From contig CAMBMM010000002.1 of the NCBI GenBank assembly GCA_945868825.1, positions 54,252 through 118,251 on the forward strand: a stretch of DNA of 64,000 nt. Reading direction: 5' to 3'. Positions 10,215 through 20,252 of this stretch are shown here, one piece after another; position 1 is the first letter of the stretch, and each line of letters begins with the position of its first letter. This DNA is from Sphingobacterium thalpophilum (GTDB taxonomy: Bacteria > Bacteroidota > Bacteroidia > Sphingobacteriales > Sphingobacteriaceae). The notes under the pieces were generated by a model, which saw nothing but the letters and a program-made list of their open reading frames with translations, had not been told where the DNA came from and searched no databases. Made by a program: the position numbers and the translations under genes.

Positions 10215-10245
10215 GAAAGGCTCCCTTTTGGGAGCCTTTCTTGTT
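10215..10245 (+). terminator. rho-independent terminator after secG
   Basis: Stem gaaaggctccc/gggagcctttc followed by TTGTT. Confidence 0.75.
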
Positions 10246-10388
10246 CCCACAAACTGACAGCATGACACTGCTGCTGTAAAAATTTTCAGTAAGCAAGGAA
10301 AAATTGACAAAAAAAACCCTCAAAATAGGCTTGGCACAATTCATGACTATCTTGAGTAGACTAAATTCACACACAAAATAAAATAAAT

Positions 10389-10682
10389 ATGGCATTATCA
10401 TTTAAACCTCTTGCAGACCGAGTAGTAGTAGAAGCGGCTCCGGCTGAAACTATGACTGCTTCTGGTATTTATATCCCCGAAACTGCCCAAGAAAAACCAC
10501 AACAAGGAGTGGTTGTTTCGGCTGGACCCGGTAAATATGCAGACCTAACCGGAAATTTAATTCCACTAAGTGTAAAAGTTGGCGACCAAGTTTTATACAG
10601 CAAATATGCAGGTACCGAAGTAACTATTGATGGCAAAGAATACCTAGTAATGCGTGAAGCCGATATTTTAGGAACATTATAA
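10389..10682 (+). CDS. groES: co-chaperonin GroES
   Basis: KPLADRVVV...GIYIPETAQEKPQQGVVV...VLYSKYAGTEV, a classic Cpn10 sequence. Confidence 0.95.
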   Translation: MALSFKPLADRVVVEAAPAETMTASGIYIPETAQEKPQQGVVVSAGPGKYADLTGNLIPLSVKVGDQVLYSKYAGTEVTIDGKEYLVMREADILGTL

Positions 10683-10796
10683 TTGGGATAGCCGTTTAAC
10701 ACGGTGCGTTAAACCATTAAAAAACAATCAAAATTAGAGTAGTGAGCCTTTAACTAACTACTTCATACTAAATTACTCTATACTAACAAAAAGACA

Positions 10797-12434
10797 ATGG
10801 CAAAACAAGTAAAATACAACGTTGAAGCTCGTGACGCTCTAAAAAGAGGCGTAGATATTCTGGCTAATGCCGTAAAAGTAACCTTAGGCCCTAAGGGTCG
10901 TACGGTTATTATTGATAAAAAATTCGGCTCACCGGCCATTACCAAAGATGGTGTAACGGTAGCTAAAGAAATTGAATTGAAAGACCCGATTGAAAACATG
11001 GGTGCTCAAATGGTAAAAGAAGTAGCTTCTAAAACCGCCGATATTGCAGGTGATGGAACTACAACTGCCACCGTATTGGCACAAGCCATCATTAAGGCCG
11101 GCGTTAAAAACGTAGCCTCTGGTGCAAACCCAATGGATTTAAAACGTGGCATAGATAAAGCCGTTAAAATGATTGTTGAAAACCTAAAATCTCAAAAACA
11201 AGATGTTGGTGATGATTTCAGCAAGATTAAACAAGTGGCCTCTATTTCTGCTAACAACGATGATGTAATTGGCGAAATGATTGCCGATGCCATGAAAAAA
11301 GTAGGTACCCAAGGTGTAATTACCGTTGAAGAAGCCAAAGGAACCGAGACCGAAGTGAAAACCGTAGAAGGTATGCAGTTCGATCGCGGATACCTTTCTC
11401 CCTATTTTGTAACCAATGCCGATAAAATGGAAGTAGAATTGGAAAATCCCTATATCTTAATTTATGATAAAAAGATTTCATCCATGAAAGAATTACTGCC
11501 TATTCTAGAAAAGCAAGTTCAAACCGGCAAACCCCTAATTATTATTGCCGAAGATTTAGATGGCGAAGCCTTGGCTACCTTGGTGGTGAATAAAATTCGT
11601 GGATCCTTAAAAGTAGCAGCCGTTAAAGCTCCGGGCTTTGGCGATAGACGCAAAGCCATGTTAGAAGACATTGCTGCCCTAACTGGCGGTACCGTTATTT
11701 CTGAAGAAAAAGGCTATAAACTAGAAAGTGCTGAACTAACGCACCTAGGCCAAGCAGAAAAAATTACCGTTGATAAAGACAATACCACCATTATTAATGG
11801 ATTTGGCAAGCCCGAAGACATCAAACAACGGATCAATGAAATTAAAACCGCTATTGAAATTACCACCTCCGATTACGATAAAGAAAAACTACAAGAACGT
11901 TTAGCGAAACTTTCTGGCGGAGTAGCCGTATTGTATATTGGCGCTGCTTCTGAAGTAGAAATGAAAGAGAAAAAAGACCGTGTAGACGATGCCTTACACG
12001 CTACTCGTGCAGCCGTTGAAGAAGGTATTGTTGCCGGAGGCGGTGTAGCTTTTATTCGTGCTATTGAAGCCTTGGAAAACTTAAAAGGCGATAACGAAGA
12101 TGAAAATACCGGTATCCAAATTGTAAAACGTGCGGTAGAAGAGCCTTTGCGCCAAATTTGCGAAAACGCAGGTGTTGAAGGTTCAATTGTGGTACAAAAA
12201 GTAAAAGAAGGCAAAGCCGATTTTGGTTACAATGCCCGTACCGATAAATACGAAAACTTGATTGCAGCCGGTGTAATAGACCCGACTAAAGTGAGCCGTG
12301 TAGCCTTAGAAAATGCAGCTTCTATTGCCTCTATGTTGCTGACCACCGAGTGTGTGTTGGCCGATGAGCCGGAAGAAGATAAAGGCCATGCAGCCATGCC
12401 TCCAATGGGTGGCGGTATGGGCGGCATGATGTAA
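10797..12434 (+). CDS. groEL: chaperonin GroEL
   Basis: [19 protein letters not shown]..., [11 protein letters not shown], and a C-terminal GGGMGGMM tail. Confidence 0.98.
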   Translation: MAKQVKYNVEARDALKRGVDILANAVKVTLGPKGRTVIIDKKFGSPAITKDGVTVAKEIELKDPIENMGAQMVKEVASKTADIAGDGTTTATVLAQAIIKAGVKNVASGANPMDLKRGIDKAVKMIVENLKSQKQDVGDDFSKIKQVASISANNDDVIGEMIADAMKKVGTQGVITVEEAKGTETEVKTVEGMQFDRGYLSPYFVTNADKMEVELENPYILIYDKKISSMKELLPILEKQVQTGKPLIIIAEDLDGEALATLVVNKIRGSLKVAAVKAPGFGDRRKAMLEDIAALTGGTVISEEKGYKLESAELTHLGQAEKITVDKDNTTIINGFGKPEDIKQRINEIKTAIEITTSDYDKEKLQERLAKLSGGVAVLYIGAASEVEMKEKKDRVDDALHATRAAVEEGIVAGGGVAFIRAIEALENLKGDNEDENTGIQIVKRAVEEPLRQICENAGVEGSIVVQKVKEGKADFGYNARTDKYENLIAAGVIDPTKVSRVALENAASIASMLLTTECVLADEPEEDKGHAAMPPMGGGMGGMM

Positions 12435-12453
12435 GCCATAAACGTTACCCATT

Positions 12454-12488
12454 AAAAAAGCCCCCCGAAATTCGAGGGGCTTTTTTTG
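12454..12488. terminator. bidirectional terminator between groEL and the FISUMP gene
   Basis: GC stem gcccc..ggggc flanked by an A-run and a T-run, between convergent genes. Confidence 0.8.
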
Positions 12489-12505
12489 TATAAAACTAAA
12501 CGAAA

Positions 12506-13207
12506 TTAATCTTTTACCAAACGGAGCGAATAACCATTAGATTTATAGGGCGATCCGATCGAAACAGTTGAATTCACATTAATTAATTGGACGGCTTTGG
12601 CACTAATAGCATTCGTTTCAGTAGATGTCCAAAATGTAGCTAAATAAAAAAGTTGGTTAAAACTTCCATCCCCCCCATCAATAAATCCTCCAGGAAGAAC
12701 CGTTAAACCACTTTCATTCGTTGCATTTGTAGCAGGAGCAGCCCAATGCGTAGTACCAATTTCCTTTAATTTATCTCCAGCATTCGCCCCTAAAGCCAGT
12801 ATCAGCGTTTGCCATTCAGCTTCTGTAGGCACATGCCAACCTGCAGGTGCTATTTTCGGATCTGTAGCCGCATAATAATTGTACAAAGGGCCATAGTCTG
12901 GTTTATTCACAAAATTGAATCCGTAATAGGCAAAGGCAGGTGTATTCAAATTAACAAAATTTGCTTGTACATCAACATAGGGAATGGAACTCCCATCGTT
13001 AAATTTAGTAGATCTTAAATTTCCAGTCGTCCAAATTTGGTTGCCTATTTTTACCGTTTGGTACACATTGCCTTCAAAATCGCTTACCGGTGTAGAAGGG
13101 GTAGAAAGAGCCACCGGTGTAGGTGTTTTATCTCTTTTACAAGAAAGCGTTAAACTAAAAAGCAGTATTAAACCGCTTAGCATGGGGGTATAAAATTTGT
13201 TTTTCAT
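12506..13207 (-). CDS. FISUMP (Fibrobacter succinogenes major paralogous) domain lipoprotein
   Basis: Lipobox LTLSCK, then IGNQIWTTGNL, GWHVPTEAEWQTL and a C-terminal GYSLRLVKD, typical of TIGR02145-type domains. Confidence 0.8.
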   Translation of the reverse strand: MKNKFYTPMLSGLILLFSLTLSCKRDKTPTPVALSTPSTPVSDFEGNVYQTVKIGNQIWTTGNLRSTKFNDGSSIPYVDVQANFVNLNTPAFAYYGFNFVNKPDYGPLYNYYAATDPKIAPAGWHVPTEAEWQTLILALGANAGDKLKEIGTTHWAAPATNATNESGLTVLPGGFIDGGDGSFNQLFYLATFWTSTETNAISAKAVQLINVNSTVSIGSPYKSNGYSLRLVKD

Positions 13208-13369
13208 AATCTTTAATTTTTAATGTTGGTATGAAAGTAGATGATTGTGCGATATAGCAGAAGATATATCCGACCAACACCAACATAACGCCGACGAACA
13301 GCAAAAAGTATAGGACGAATGGATATGCCCCTTTTTATCCCTATCATTGTTTTTTAAATTCATTAAGGC

Positions 13370-14257
13370 GTGCGTCTCAATAAATTCATCAGCGAAAGTG
13401 GTTTGTGTTCCCGCAGGGAGGCCGACCGCTACATCAGTCAGGGTAGCGTATTTATTAATAGCCGTAAAGCCGTTATTGGCGACCAGGTACAGCCCGGAGA
13501 TCAAGTTAAAGTGAATGGCAATTTGCTAGAACCCCTAGCCGCAGAAGATTTGGTGTTTATTGCCCTCAACAAACCGGTGGGCATTACCTCCACCACCGAA
13601 GATAAGATAGCCACCAATATAGTCGATTTTGTAAACCACAGTTCCCGTATTTTCCCCATTGGCCGATTAGATAAGGATTCTCAAGGTTTGATCTTTTTAA
13701 CCAATAATGGCGATATGGTAAACAAGATTTTACGGGCCGGGAATAAGCATGAAAAGGAATATCTGGTAACGGTAAATAAAGCCCTTAATCCGGCTGTTAT
13801 AGAACACATTGCCAATGGCGTACCCATGTTGGGTGTGGTAACCAAAAAATGCAGTATTGTACAAGAAGGGCCTCAAACGTTTCGAATTACCCTCATACAA
13901 GGTTTAAACCGCCAAATACGCCGCATGTGCGAATATTTTGGCTACGAGGTTAGCAAATTAGAGCGGGTTCGTATTATGAACATTACGTTAAAGGGTTTGG
14001 CTCTTGGCGATTGGCGGGATTTAAGTCCCGAAGAAATGAGCACGATATACGAGGCTATAGTAGGCTCTTCTTCGGAGCTTGTAAAAAAGAAAAGTACCAT
14101 AAAACAGCCAAGTTCCCTATCCAAACCAAAAATAAAGGCTAATACTAGTACAACAGCTAAACCCGCTGCTAAAAAAAATAATCCCGATAAGCGAAACCGA
14201 AAATCGAGCGCCAAACCGAGCCGAAAGCCAGCAGCTAGAAAAACTGGAAGAAGATAA
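13370..14257 (+). CDS. RsuA/RluB/RluF-family rRNA pseudouridine synthase with a Lys/Pro-rich basic tail
   Basis: S4 domain ([21 protein letters not shown]), catalytic [15 protein letters not shown], and RQIRRM. GTG start. Confidence 0.8.
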   Translation: MRLNKFISESGLCSRREADRYISQGSVFINSRKAVIGDQVQPGDQVKVNGNLLEPLAAEDLVFIALNKPVGITSTTEDKIATNIVDFVNHSSRIFPIGRLDKDSQGLIFLTNNGDMVNKILRAGNKHEKEYLVTVNKALNPAVIEHIANGVPMLGVVTKKCSIVQEGPQTFRITLIQGLNRQIRRMCEYFGYEVSKLERVRIMNITLKGLALGDWRDLSPEEMSTIYEAIVGSSSELVKKKSTIKQPSSLSKPKIKANTSTTAKPAAKKNNPDKRNRKSSAKPSRKPAARKTGRR

Positions 14258-14258
14258 A

Positions 14259-14852
14259 CTAGGCGATTAGCTGCTGCACCCACTCCGCATACATTTTCTC
14301 CGAAGGATGCAGGCCATCGGAAGCCAAAAAGCTAAAATTGGTAGTTGCTAGCCGTGAGTGTGGCGTAATATTTATAAAAACTACGCCCAACTTTTCGGAA
14401 ATTTCTTGTCCAGCTGTGTTAAATGCATCTATTTCTTTTGCAACATTTTCAGCCAAACGACCTTCTTTTTCAGCAAAAAGCGTTACGCCCCAATCGGGTA
14501 TAGAGAGCACCCGCACTCGATCTACATCCTTTCCAGCAAAGGCAATAGCCTGACGCAACAATTGTTCGAACTCTACACGATAATTTGCCACAGAATAACC
14601 TCGGTATTGGTTATTTACGCCAATAAGCAAGGTAACCAAGTCATAAGGCGGACTCAGCGTTTCGGCAGCTATGGCAGTTTGTAATTCATCTGTTGTCCAT
14701 CCAGTTTGGGCAATAATCTGTATACTTTCTACCGGATGGCCCTGCTTTACTAAAGCCTCTTTTAATTGATATGGGAACGACTCGGCAGCGGAAACCGCCT
14801 CACCAATGGTATAGGAATCACCCAGAGCTAAATAGGTTTTTACGGCTTTCAT
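14259..14852 (-). CDS. SGNH/GDSL hydrolase family protein
   Basis: Block I LALGDSYTIG, block III GVNN and block V DGLHPS. Confidence 0.8.
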   Translation of the reverse strand: MKAVKTYLALGDSYTIGEAVSAAESFPYQLKEALVKQGHPVESIQIIAQTGWTTDELQTAIAAETLSPPYDLVTLLIGVNNQYRGYSVANYRVEFEQLLRQAIAFAGKDVDRVRVLSIPDWGVTLFAEKEGRLAENVAKEIDAFNTAGQEISEKLGVVFINITPHSRLATTNFSFLASDGLHPSEKMYAEWVQQLIA

Positions 14853-15550
14853 TCGGAGAGTTGCATGGAAAATAGAACGGTAATATGTTGCTTCAATTTT
14901 TGTTTCACCTCTTCCATGTCTAAAGCTTTACCCAGCTCTTGCGCCATAGAGGTTACGGCTTTATCGTCTAGTCCGCAAGGTATGATGTGCTTAAAATAGC
15001 TTAAATCAGAATTTACATTAAAGGCAAAACCATGCATGGTTACCCAACGGCTACAGCGAACACCTAGTGCGCAAATTTTTCGGGCAGTGGGTAAATCGGG
15101 GTCCAGCCAAACGCCGGTATAGCCGGGGTAGCGCCCTGCGGCAATTCCGTAATCGGCTAGGGTTAAAATAACCGCCTCTTCCAAGGTGCGTAAATACAAA
15201 TGGATATCAGTGAAGAAATTATCTAAATCGAGAATGGGATAACCTACCAATTGCCCGGGGCCGTGGTAGGTAATATCGCCACCACGGTTAATTTTATGAT
15301 ATTCCGCTTGATTCTTCGATAATCCTGCATCATCTAAAAGCAAATTTTCGGGCTTGCCACTTTTACCTAGGGTGTACACATGCGGATGCTCCACGAAGAC
15401 CAAATAATTGGGTGTAGGCTGAGGGTTTTCGGCCCCTCTATTTTGAGTTTTAATAGCCACCGTATCGGCAAACAAGCTTTCTTGCTTATCCCAAGCCTCT
15501 TGGTAGCCCACTGTTCCCCAATCCTGAAAAATAACGTGTTTATTTTGCAT
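14849..15550 (-). CDS. lipB: lipoyl(octanoyl) transferase
   Basis: RGGDITYHGPGQLVGYP and KICALGV motifs. I prefer the ATG at 15550 (MQNKHVIF) over the ORF-track start at 15613. Confidence 0.9.
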   Translation of the reverse strand: MQNKHVIFQDWGTVGYQEAWDKQESLFADTVAIKTQNRGAENPQPTPNYLVFVEHPHVYTLGKSGKPENLLLDDAGLSKNQAEYHKINRGGDITYHGPGQLVGYPILDLDNFFTDIHLYLRTLEEAVILTLADYGIAAGRYPGYTGVWLDPDLPTARKICALGVRCSRWVTMHGFAFNVNSDLSYFKHIIPCGLDDKAVTSMAQELGKALDMEEVKQKLKQHITVLFSMQLSE

Positions 15551-16196
15551 AGCTCTCCTCCCCACAAACATACGCCAATACATACGAGCCAAAGCGCTCA
15601 AAAGCCACTTCAAAAAACAATTTTGCTGCTTTATTTTTTAAGCTAGCACGTATCGTTCCTTTTTCGGAATGAGCGAAAGGCTCTAAATGAATGTGCTCTT
15701 TGAAAGACACTCCACTTTTACCTTGTAGTTTATACACCGCCTCTTTTGCTGCCCAACAGGCATACAAATGTGCAACAGCATGATCGGGGTCTATAAAAGA
15801 GCGCTCGGCTTCAGTTAAAAATTTAGGTGCCAGTGCTTCTATTTTTGGTTTAACCAACTCTATATCGATGCCTACGGCTCGTGTTTCACTAATCATTACC
15901 GCCGCATAATCGTAGGAGTGGCTTAACGAAATATGGTGTGGAAAATTAACCAAATAAGGTTTGCCATGCGCATCGGCTTTGCAATCGATGTAATGCTCGG
16001 TTTGCAAGAGTGTACGTAATAACACTCGGGTAGCCAGCCAATGTACTTGGCGCTTATGTTGAACCAAGCTCTCAAAATAGGCTTGTTCTTGCTCGTCTAG
16101 CTGTAATTGAGCTATTAGTTCATCGGCCGATTCTTCAATCTTCCAAACAGCTAGCGTAGCCGAATCTTGCAGTTCTTTTTGATAAACGAGTGCCAT
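15540..16196 (-). CDS. 4'-phosphopantetheinyl transferase (Sfp-type)
   Basis: VGIDIE and WAAKEAVYK motifs; about 218 aa. Confidence 0.8.
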   Translation of the reverse strand: MALVYQKELQDSATLAVWKIEESADELIAQLQLDEQEQAYFESLVQHKRQVHWLATRVLLRTLLQTEHYIDCKADAHGKPYLVNFPHHISLSHSYDYAAVMISETRAVGIDIELVKPKIEALAPKFLTEAERSFIDPDHAVAHLYACWAAKEAVYKLQGKSGVSFKEHIHLEPFAHSEKGTIRASLKNKAAKLFFEVAFERFGSYVLAYVCGEESYAK

Positions 16197-16304
16197 GGTA
16201 GCTCAAAAATACGCCATATATTGCAGGGCGCAAAAAAAGAACAGCCGCTTGCTGTGTATCGTAAAAATAATTTATAAATTTAGTGCAACAGATATAGCAA
16301 ATAC

Positions 16305-16841
16305 ATGATACTTTCAGACAAACGCATTTTAGAAGAAATTGAAAAAGGCACCATTATTATTGAACCCTATAAGCCCGAATGCTTAGGCACCAATTCTTAC
16401 GATGTGCATTTGGGCAAATACTTGGCCACCTACAAAAACCGAGTACTCGATGCCAAGGCGCACAACGAAATTGATCATTTTGAAATTCCGAAAGAAGGCT
16501 TTGTATTGAACCCTGGAACCCTGTATTTGGGCGTAACATTAGAATATACCGAAACACATGCACATGTGCCTTTTTTAGAAGGAAAATCGAGCACTGGCCG
16601 TTTGGGAATTGATATACATGCTACTGCCGGTAAAGGCGATGTGGGTTTTTGCAATACCTGGACCCTAGAAATCTCTTGCGCACAACCCGTACGCATTTAT
16701 GCCGGTATGCCCATTGGCCAACTTATTTATTTTGTGGTAGAAGGCGATATTGCCACCATGTATAACAGCAAGGGAAATGCGAAATACAATAACAAAACCA
16801 CACGCCCCGTAGAGAGCATGATGTGGAAAAATCAATTTTAA
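16305..16841 (+). CDS. dcd: dCTP deaminase
   Basis: MILSDKRILEEI..., GKSSTGRLG and TLEI motifs of the Dcd/dUTPase fold. Confidence 0.9.
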   Translation: MILSDKRILEEIEKGTIIIEPYKPECLGTNSYDVHLGKYLATYKNRVLDAKAHNEIDHFEIPKEGFVLNPGTLYLGVTLEYTETHAHVPFLEGKSSTGRLGIDIHATAGKGDVGFCNTWTLEISCAQPVRIYAGMPIGQLIYFVVEGDIATMYNSKGNAKYNNKTTRPVESMMWKNQF

Positions 16842-16852
16842 AAAACACGTAA

Positions 16853-17623
16853 ATGAATACCATACAAGTTAGTGTACAAGATCACATTGCCTATATTACC
16901 TTAAACCGAGGAAGCTCTAACGCTATTAATGGCGAAATGGTAAGCGAACTTAGCGACATGATCAAAAACCTGGAAGCCGATGACCAGGTGGGCGGGGTAA
17001 TTTTAACAGGTAAAGAAGGCTTTTTTTCTGCAGGCTTAGACCTTATTGAACTGTATACCTACAACGAGGAGCAGATTAGACAATTTTGGAAAGATTTTTT
17101 ACACATGGTATCGGTTTTAGCGGGCTTTAAAAAACCCCTTATTAGTGCCATAAGTGGGCATAGCCCAGCCGGTGGTTGCGTATTGGCTATCTGTTCCGAT
17201 TACCGCATTATGGCCGAAGGCAAATTTATTATTGGACTGAATGAGGTACCCGTAGGCATTATTGTACCCGATAGCATTTTTCATCTTTACGCCTTTTGGC
17301 TTGGCCAAGGTAAAGCCTACCAAAGTTTATTAGAAGGTAAATTATTTAGAGCTGATGAAGCTCTAAGCATTGGCTTAGTAGATGAGGTAGTAGCTCCTAA
17401 TGTAGTGCTTACTACAGCCCAACGCAAAATGAAACAGTATATTGGACTTGACTGGACCACCTGGCAACAAACTAAGTTAAATCTACGTGCCCAATTGCTA
17501 GAAAAAGTTCGGGCCGACCAAAATGCCACTCTCGAAGTGATGCTGAAACAATGGTGGGCACCAAGTACACGTTCTATTTTACATACTATCATCCAAAACC
17601 TACAAAAAAAAGCGAATGTATAA
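16853..17623 (+). CDS. enoyl-CoA hydratase/isomerase (crotonase) family protein
   Basis: FSAGLDL oxyanion-hole block and a GHSPAGGC segment; 256 aa. Confidence 0.85.
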   Translation: MNTIQVSVQDHIAYITLNRGSSNAINGEMVSELSDMIKNLEADDQVGGVILTGKEGFFSAGLDLIELYTYNEEQIRQFWKDFLHMVSVLAGFKKPLISAISGHSPAGGCVLAICSDYRIMAEGKFIIGLNEVPVGIIVPDSIFHLYAFWLGQGKAYQSLLEGKLFRADEALSIGLVDEVVAPNVVLTTAQRKMKQYIGLDWTTWQQTKLNLRAQLLEKVRADQNATLEVMLKQWWAPSTRSILHTIIQNLQKKANV

Positions 17624-18491
17624 CGAACCCATGTTAAGAGAAAATGCCTTAAAGGGCAAAACCATTGTAGTTACAGGCGGTGGAACCGGCTTAGGCAAGG
17701 CCATGAGTACCTATTTTTTAGAACTAGGTGCCAACGTGGTTATTACCAGCCGAAAGTTAGACGTATTACAAAAAACAGCGGCCGAATTGGAAGAAAAAAC
17801 GGGCGGAAAAGTATTGGCTTTGGCCTGCGATGTGCGCAACGATTTTGAAGTAGAACAGGTACTGAAACAAACCCTAGAAACTTTTGGCGCTGTGCATGGC
17901 TTATTAAACAATGCAGCCGGAAACTTTATTTCTCCTACCGAGCGCCTTTCGGCGAAGGCTTTTGGGGTAATTATTGATATTGTTTTGAAAGGTACCGTAA
18001 ACTGCACCTTAGCATTTGGTAAACATTGGATAGCCCAAAAACAGCCAGCCAGCATTTTAAATATTGTAACCACTTACGCTTTTACCGGTTCGGGCTATGT
18101 AGTGCCTTCGGCTTGTGCCAAAGGTGGCGTATTGGCCATGACCCGTTCTTTGGCTGCCGAGTGGGGCCACTATGGTATTCGTTGCAATGCCATTGCTCCG
18201 GGGCCTTTCCCTACTAAAGGTGCATGGGATAGATTATTACCTGGCGATTTAGCCAAGAAATTCGATTTTAAAAACCGTGTGCCGCTTAAGCGTGTGGGCG
18301 AACATCAAGAATTAGCCAATTTGGCGGCCTATTTAATTTCCGATTTTTCGGGATATGTAAACGGTGAAGTAATAACCATTGATGGGGGCGAATGGCTACA
18401 AGGAGCCGGACAATTTAATGGCCTAGAAGCCGTTACTCCTGAAATGTGGGATATGTTGGAACAAATGATCCGTAATACCAAAGGAAGTTAA
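17616..18491 (+). CDS. SDR oxidoreductase, 2,4-dienoyl-CoA reductase-like
   Basis: TGGGTGLGKA Rossmann motif, NNAAGNF and SACAKGGV. It overlaps the crotonase gene by 8 nt. Confidence 0.75.
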   Translation: MYNEPMLRENALKGKTIVVTGGGTGLGKAMSTYFLELGANVVITSRKLDVLQKTAAELEEKTGGKVLALACDVRNDFEVEQVLKQTLETFGAVHGLLNNAAGNFISPTERLSAKAFGVIIDIVLKGTVNCTLAFGKHWIAQKQPASILNIVTTYAFTGSGYVVPSACAKGGVLAMTRSLAAEWGHYGIRCNAIAPGPFPTKGAWDRLLPGDLAKKFDFKNRVPLKRVGEHQELANLAAYLISDFSGYVNGEVITIDGGEWLQGAGQFNGLEAVTPEMWDMLEQMIRNTKGS

Positions 18492-18516
18492 ACACCGGTT
18501 TTTGTATCTTTATAAA

Positions 18517-18798
18517 ATGGGCACCCAAACTCAGGAAGAAACCTTTACCCTCGATGAGATACTAGTATCCCTAAAGTCTATTCATAGGCTCATTTTATGG
18601 AATGACGAGGTAAACACCTTTGAACATGTGATTTACTGCTTGGTGAAATACCTAGACTATTCCGAGCTACAAGCCGAAAAAATTGCTTGGCTGGTACACA
18701 CCGAAGGAAAAACTGCAGTTTTAGAAGGTTCTTTTACCGAAATGGAAATTTATCGTAAAATCTTACAACAAGAGGGTTTAACGGTTAGTGTGGAATAA
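18517..18798 (+). CDS. clpS: ATP-dependent Clp protease adaptor ClpS
   Basis: LILWNDEVNTFEHVI...AEKIAWLVHTEGKTAV... is a ClpS core. ATG at 18517 preferred over the TTG at 18502. Confidence 0.85.
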   Translation: MGTQTQEETFTLDEILVSLKSIHRLILWNDEVNTFEHVIYCLVKYLDYSELQAEKIAWLVHTEGKTAVLEGSFTEMEIYRKILQQEGLTVSVE

Positions 18799-18833
18799 TC
18801 GATATCTTTAGGTACACACTTGGTCCATCTTAC

Positions 18834-20252
18834 ATGAAAATTTATATTAAATATAGCTTTGCCATTTTATGTATAGCATTGCTTGTTAATGTTAGCTGCC
18901 GCAAAGCAAGTAGCCTCTCTTCCGATGCTAATGAAAGTGCCTCCCTTTTTCACCTAGAAGATATACCGGAAATTAACTTGGAGGTGAGCCAAGCAGATTG
19001 GAATACCTTTCTTGCTAACTACGATTTAAACCCTAAAAACGAAGAATACATCCCTACTAAACTACGTTTTACTCTAAATGGAGTACCTACCATTTTAGAT
19101 AGTGTAGGCCTAAAATTACGTGGAAATACAAGCAGAAGGCGACCTGAGGGGAGCACAGGACAAACCCATCAGTTGGTTAACCCCGATTGGCACCATAGCC
19201 ATTTTGCGCTCGATTTTGAACAATATAAGGCCAAGCAAGAACTACGTGGTTTAGAAAAAATGGTGTTGAAATTTGCGAATAACGATCCAACCTATGCCAG
19301 AGAAATTTATGCCTACGATTTGTTCCGCCGTTTTGGTGTATGGACAGCCCCCAGAGCTTCTTATTGCCGCTTAACAATAAAAGTTGCCGGCGATGCCACC
19401 GCTGCTTATTTTGGTGTGTATTATATGATTGAAAATGGCGATAGCGATTTTGTAAAATACCGCAAAAAAGAATGGGGAAGCACCGTGGGCTACCTTTGGA
19501 AGTGTTTATACAACGGTGGAGGCCCCGCTAATTTACTCAATGCGTACAGCATTGGTATTGAAAGTGTATCGCTCAACCCAAATACGTCACAATATTATAG
19601 CTACGATTTAAAAACAGAAAAAGCATCTTTTATAACAGCAAAAGCTCAACTTACCGAGTTTATTACCCAGCTAAATACTAAAACCGGCTCTGATTTTGAA
19701 ACTTGGATAGCCCAAAAAATGGATGTGGACTTATTGCTTAAAACCTTTGCGGTAAGTGTTTTAACCGGTAATTGGGACGATTATTGGGGGAATGGCAATA
19801 ATTACTTTTTGTACTTTAACCCCAACGGGAAAGTATATTATATTCCGTATGATTACGACAATTGTTTAGGTACAGCCATACCGTATTGGGGCTTTTTTAA
19901 TACGGGTACTCAAGATCCGTTGAACTGGGGTAAGATGAACGAAAGCCCACTGATTACAAAAGTACTTCAGATTGCAAAATATAGAGATCAATACAAAGCT
20001 TATATAAAGGAATTGGCTACTAAGCCCGAGTATTTTAATGCAGAGGAAAGTATGCAACGCATTGCCGCTTGGCACAGCAAAATTTCTCCTTACCTCAGCA
20101 ACGCCACTGGCCAAGATATGAGTATTACAGATTTACCCGCTCCTTGGTCAACCGAGCAATATTACCGCTTGTTAAGTGGCAACGATTTGGCTGGACAAGG
20201 TGGACAGCCATCTAATTATTTCAAAACCCGAATCAAAAATATTCCCTGGTAA
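18834..20252 (+). CDS. CotH kinase family protein with signal/lipoprotein leader
   Basis: LKLRGNTSRR and GNWDDYWGNGNNYFLY...IPYDYDNCLG blocks typical of CotH. The N-terminal hydrophobic leader ends in VSC. Confidence 0.7.
   Translation: MKIYIKYSFAILCIALLVNVSCRKASSLSSDANESASLFHLEDIPEINLEVSQADWNTFLANYDLNPKNEEYIPTKLRFTLNGVPTILDSVGLKLRGNTSRRRPEGSTGQTHQLVNPDWHHSHFALDFEQYKAKQELRGLEKMVLKFANNDPTYAREIYAYDLFRRFGVWTAPRASYCRLTIKVAGDATAAYFGVYYMIENGDSDFVKYRKKEWGSTVGYLWKCLYNGGGPANLLNAYSIGIESVSLNPNTSQYYSYDLKTEKASFITAKAQLTEFITQLNTKTGSDFETWIAQKMDVDLLLKTFAVSVLTGNWDDYWGNGNNYFLYFNPNGKVYYIPYDYDNCLGTAIPYWGFFNTGTQDPLNWGKMNESPLITKVLQIAKYRDQYKAYIKELATKPEYFNAEESMQRIAAWHSKISPYLSNATGQDMSITDLPAPWSTEQYYRLLSGNDLAGQGGQPSNYFKTRIKNIPW

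Noticed and set aside
10332-10347. Sigma-54 -24/-12 promoter upstream of groES (TGGCACaattcATGAc)
   Set aside because: The -24 element matches, but the essential -12 GC is missing (TGA instead of TGC). A groESL operon dependent on sigma-54 would be unusual.
11873-12214. Numerous 60-195-aa ORFs antisense to or nested within long genes (for example 11873..12214 in groEL, 17711..18073, 34076..34663, 44975..45334, 62027..62497)
   Set aside because: They lie wholly inside well-supported conserved genes on the opposite strand or in another frame. Their compositions are biased (Ser/Arg/Cys-rich), so they are typical shadow ORFs.
12506-13207. FISUMP-domain gene as the variable target of a diversity-generating retroelement
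   Set aside because: I found no reverse transcriptase gene and no template-repeat copy of its 3' end anywhere in the window.
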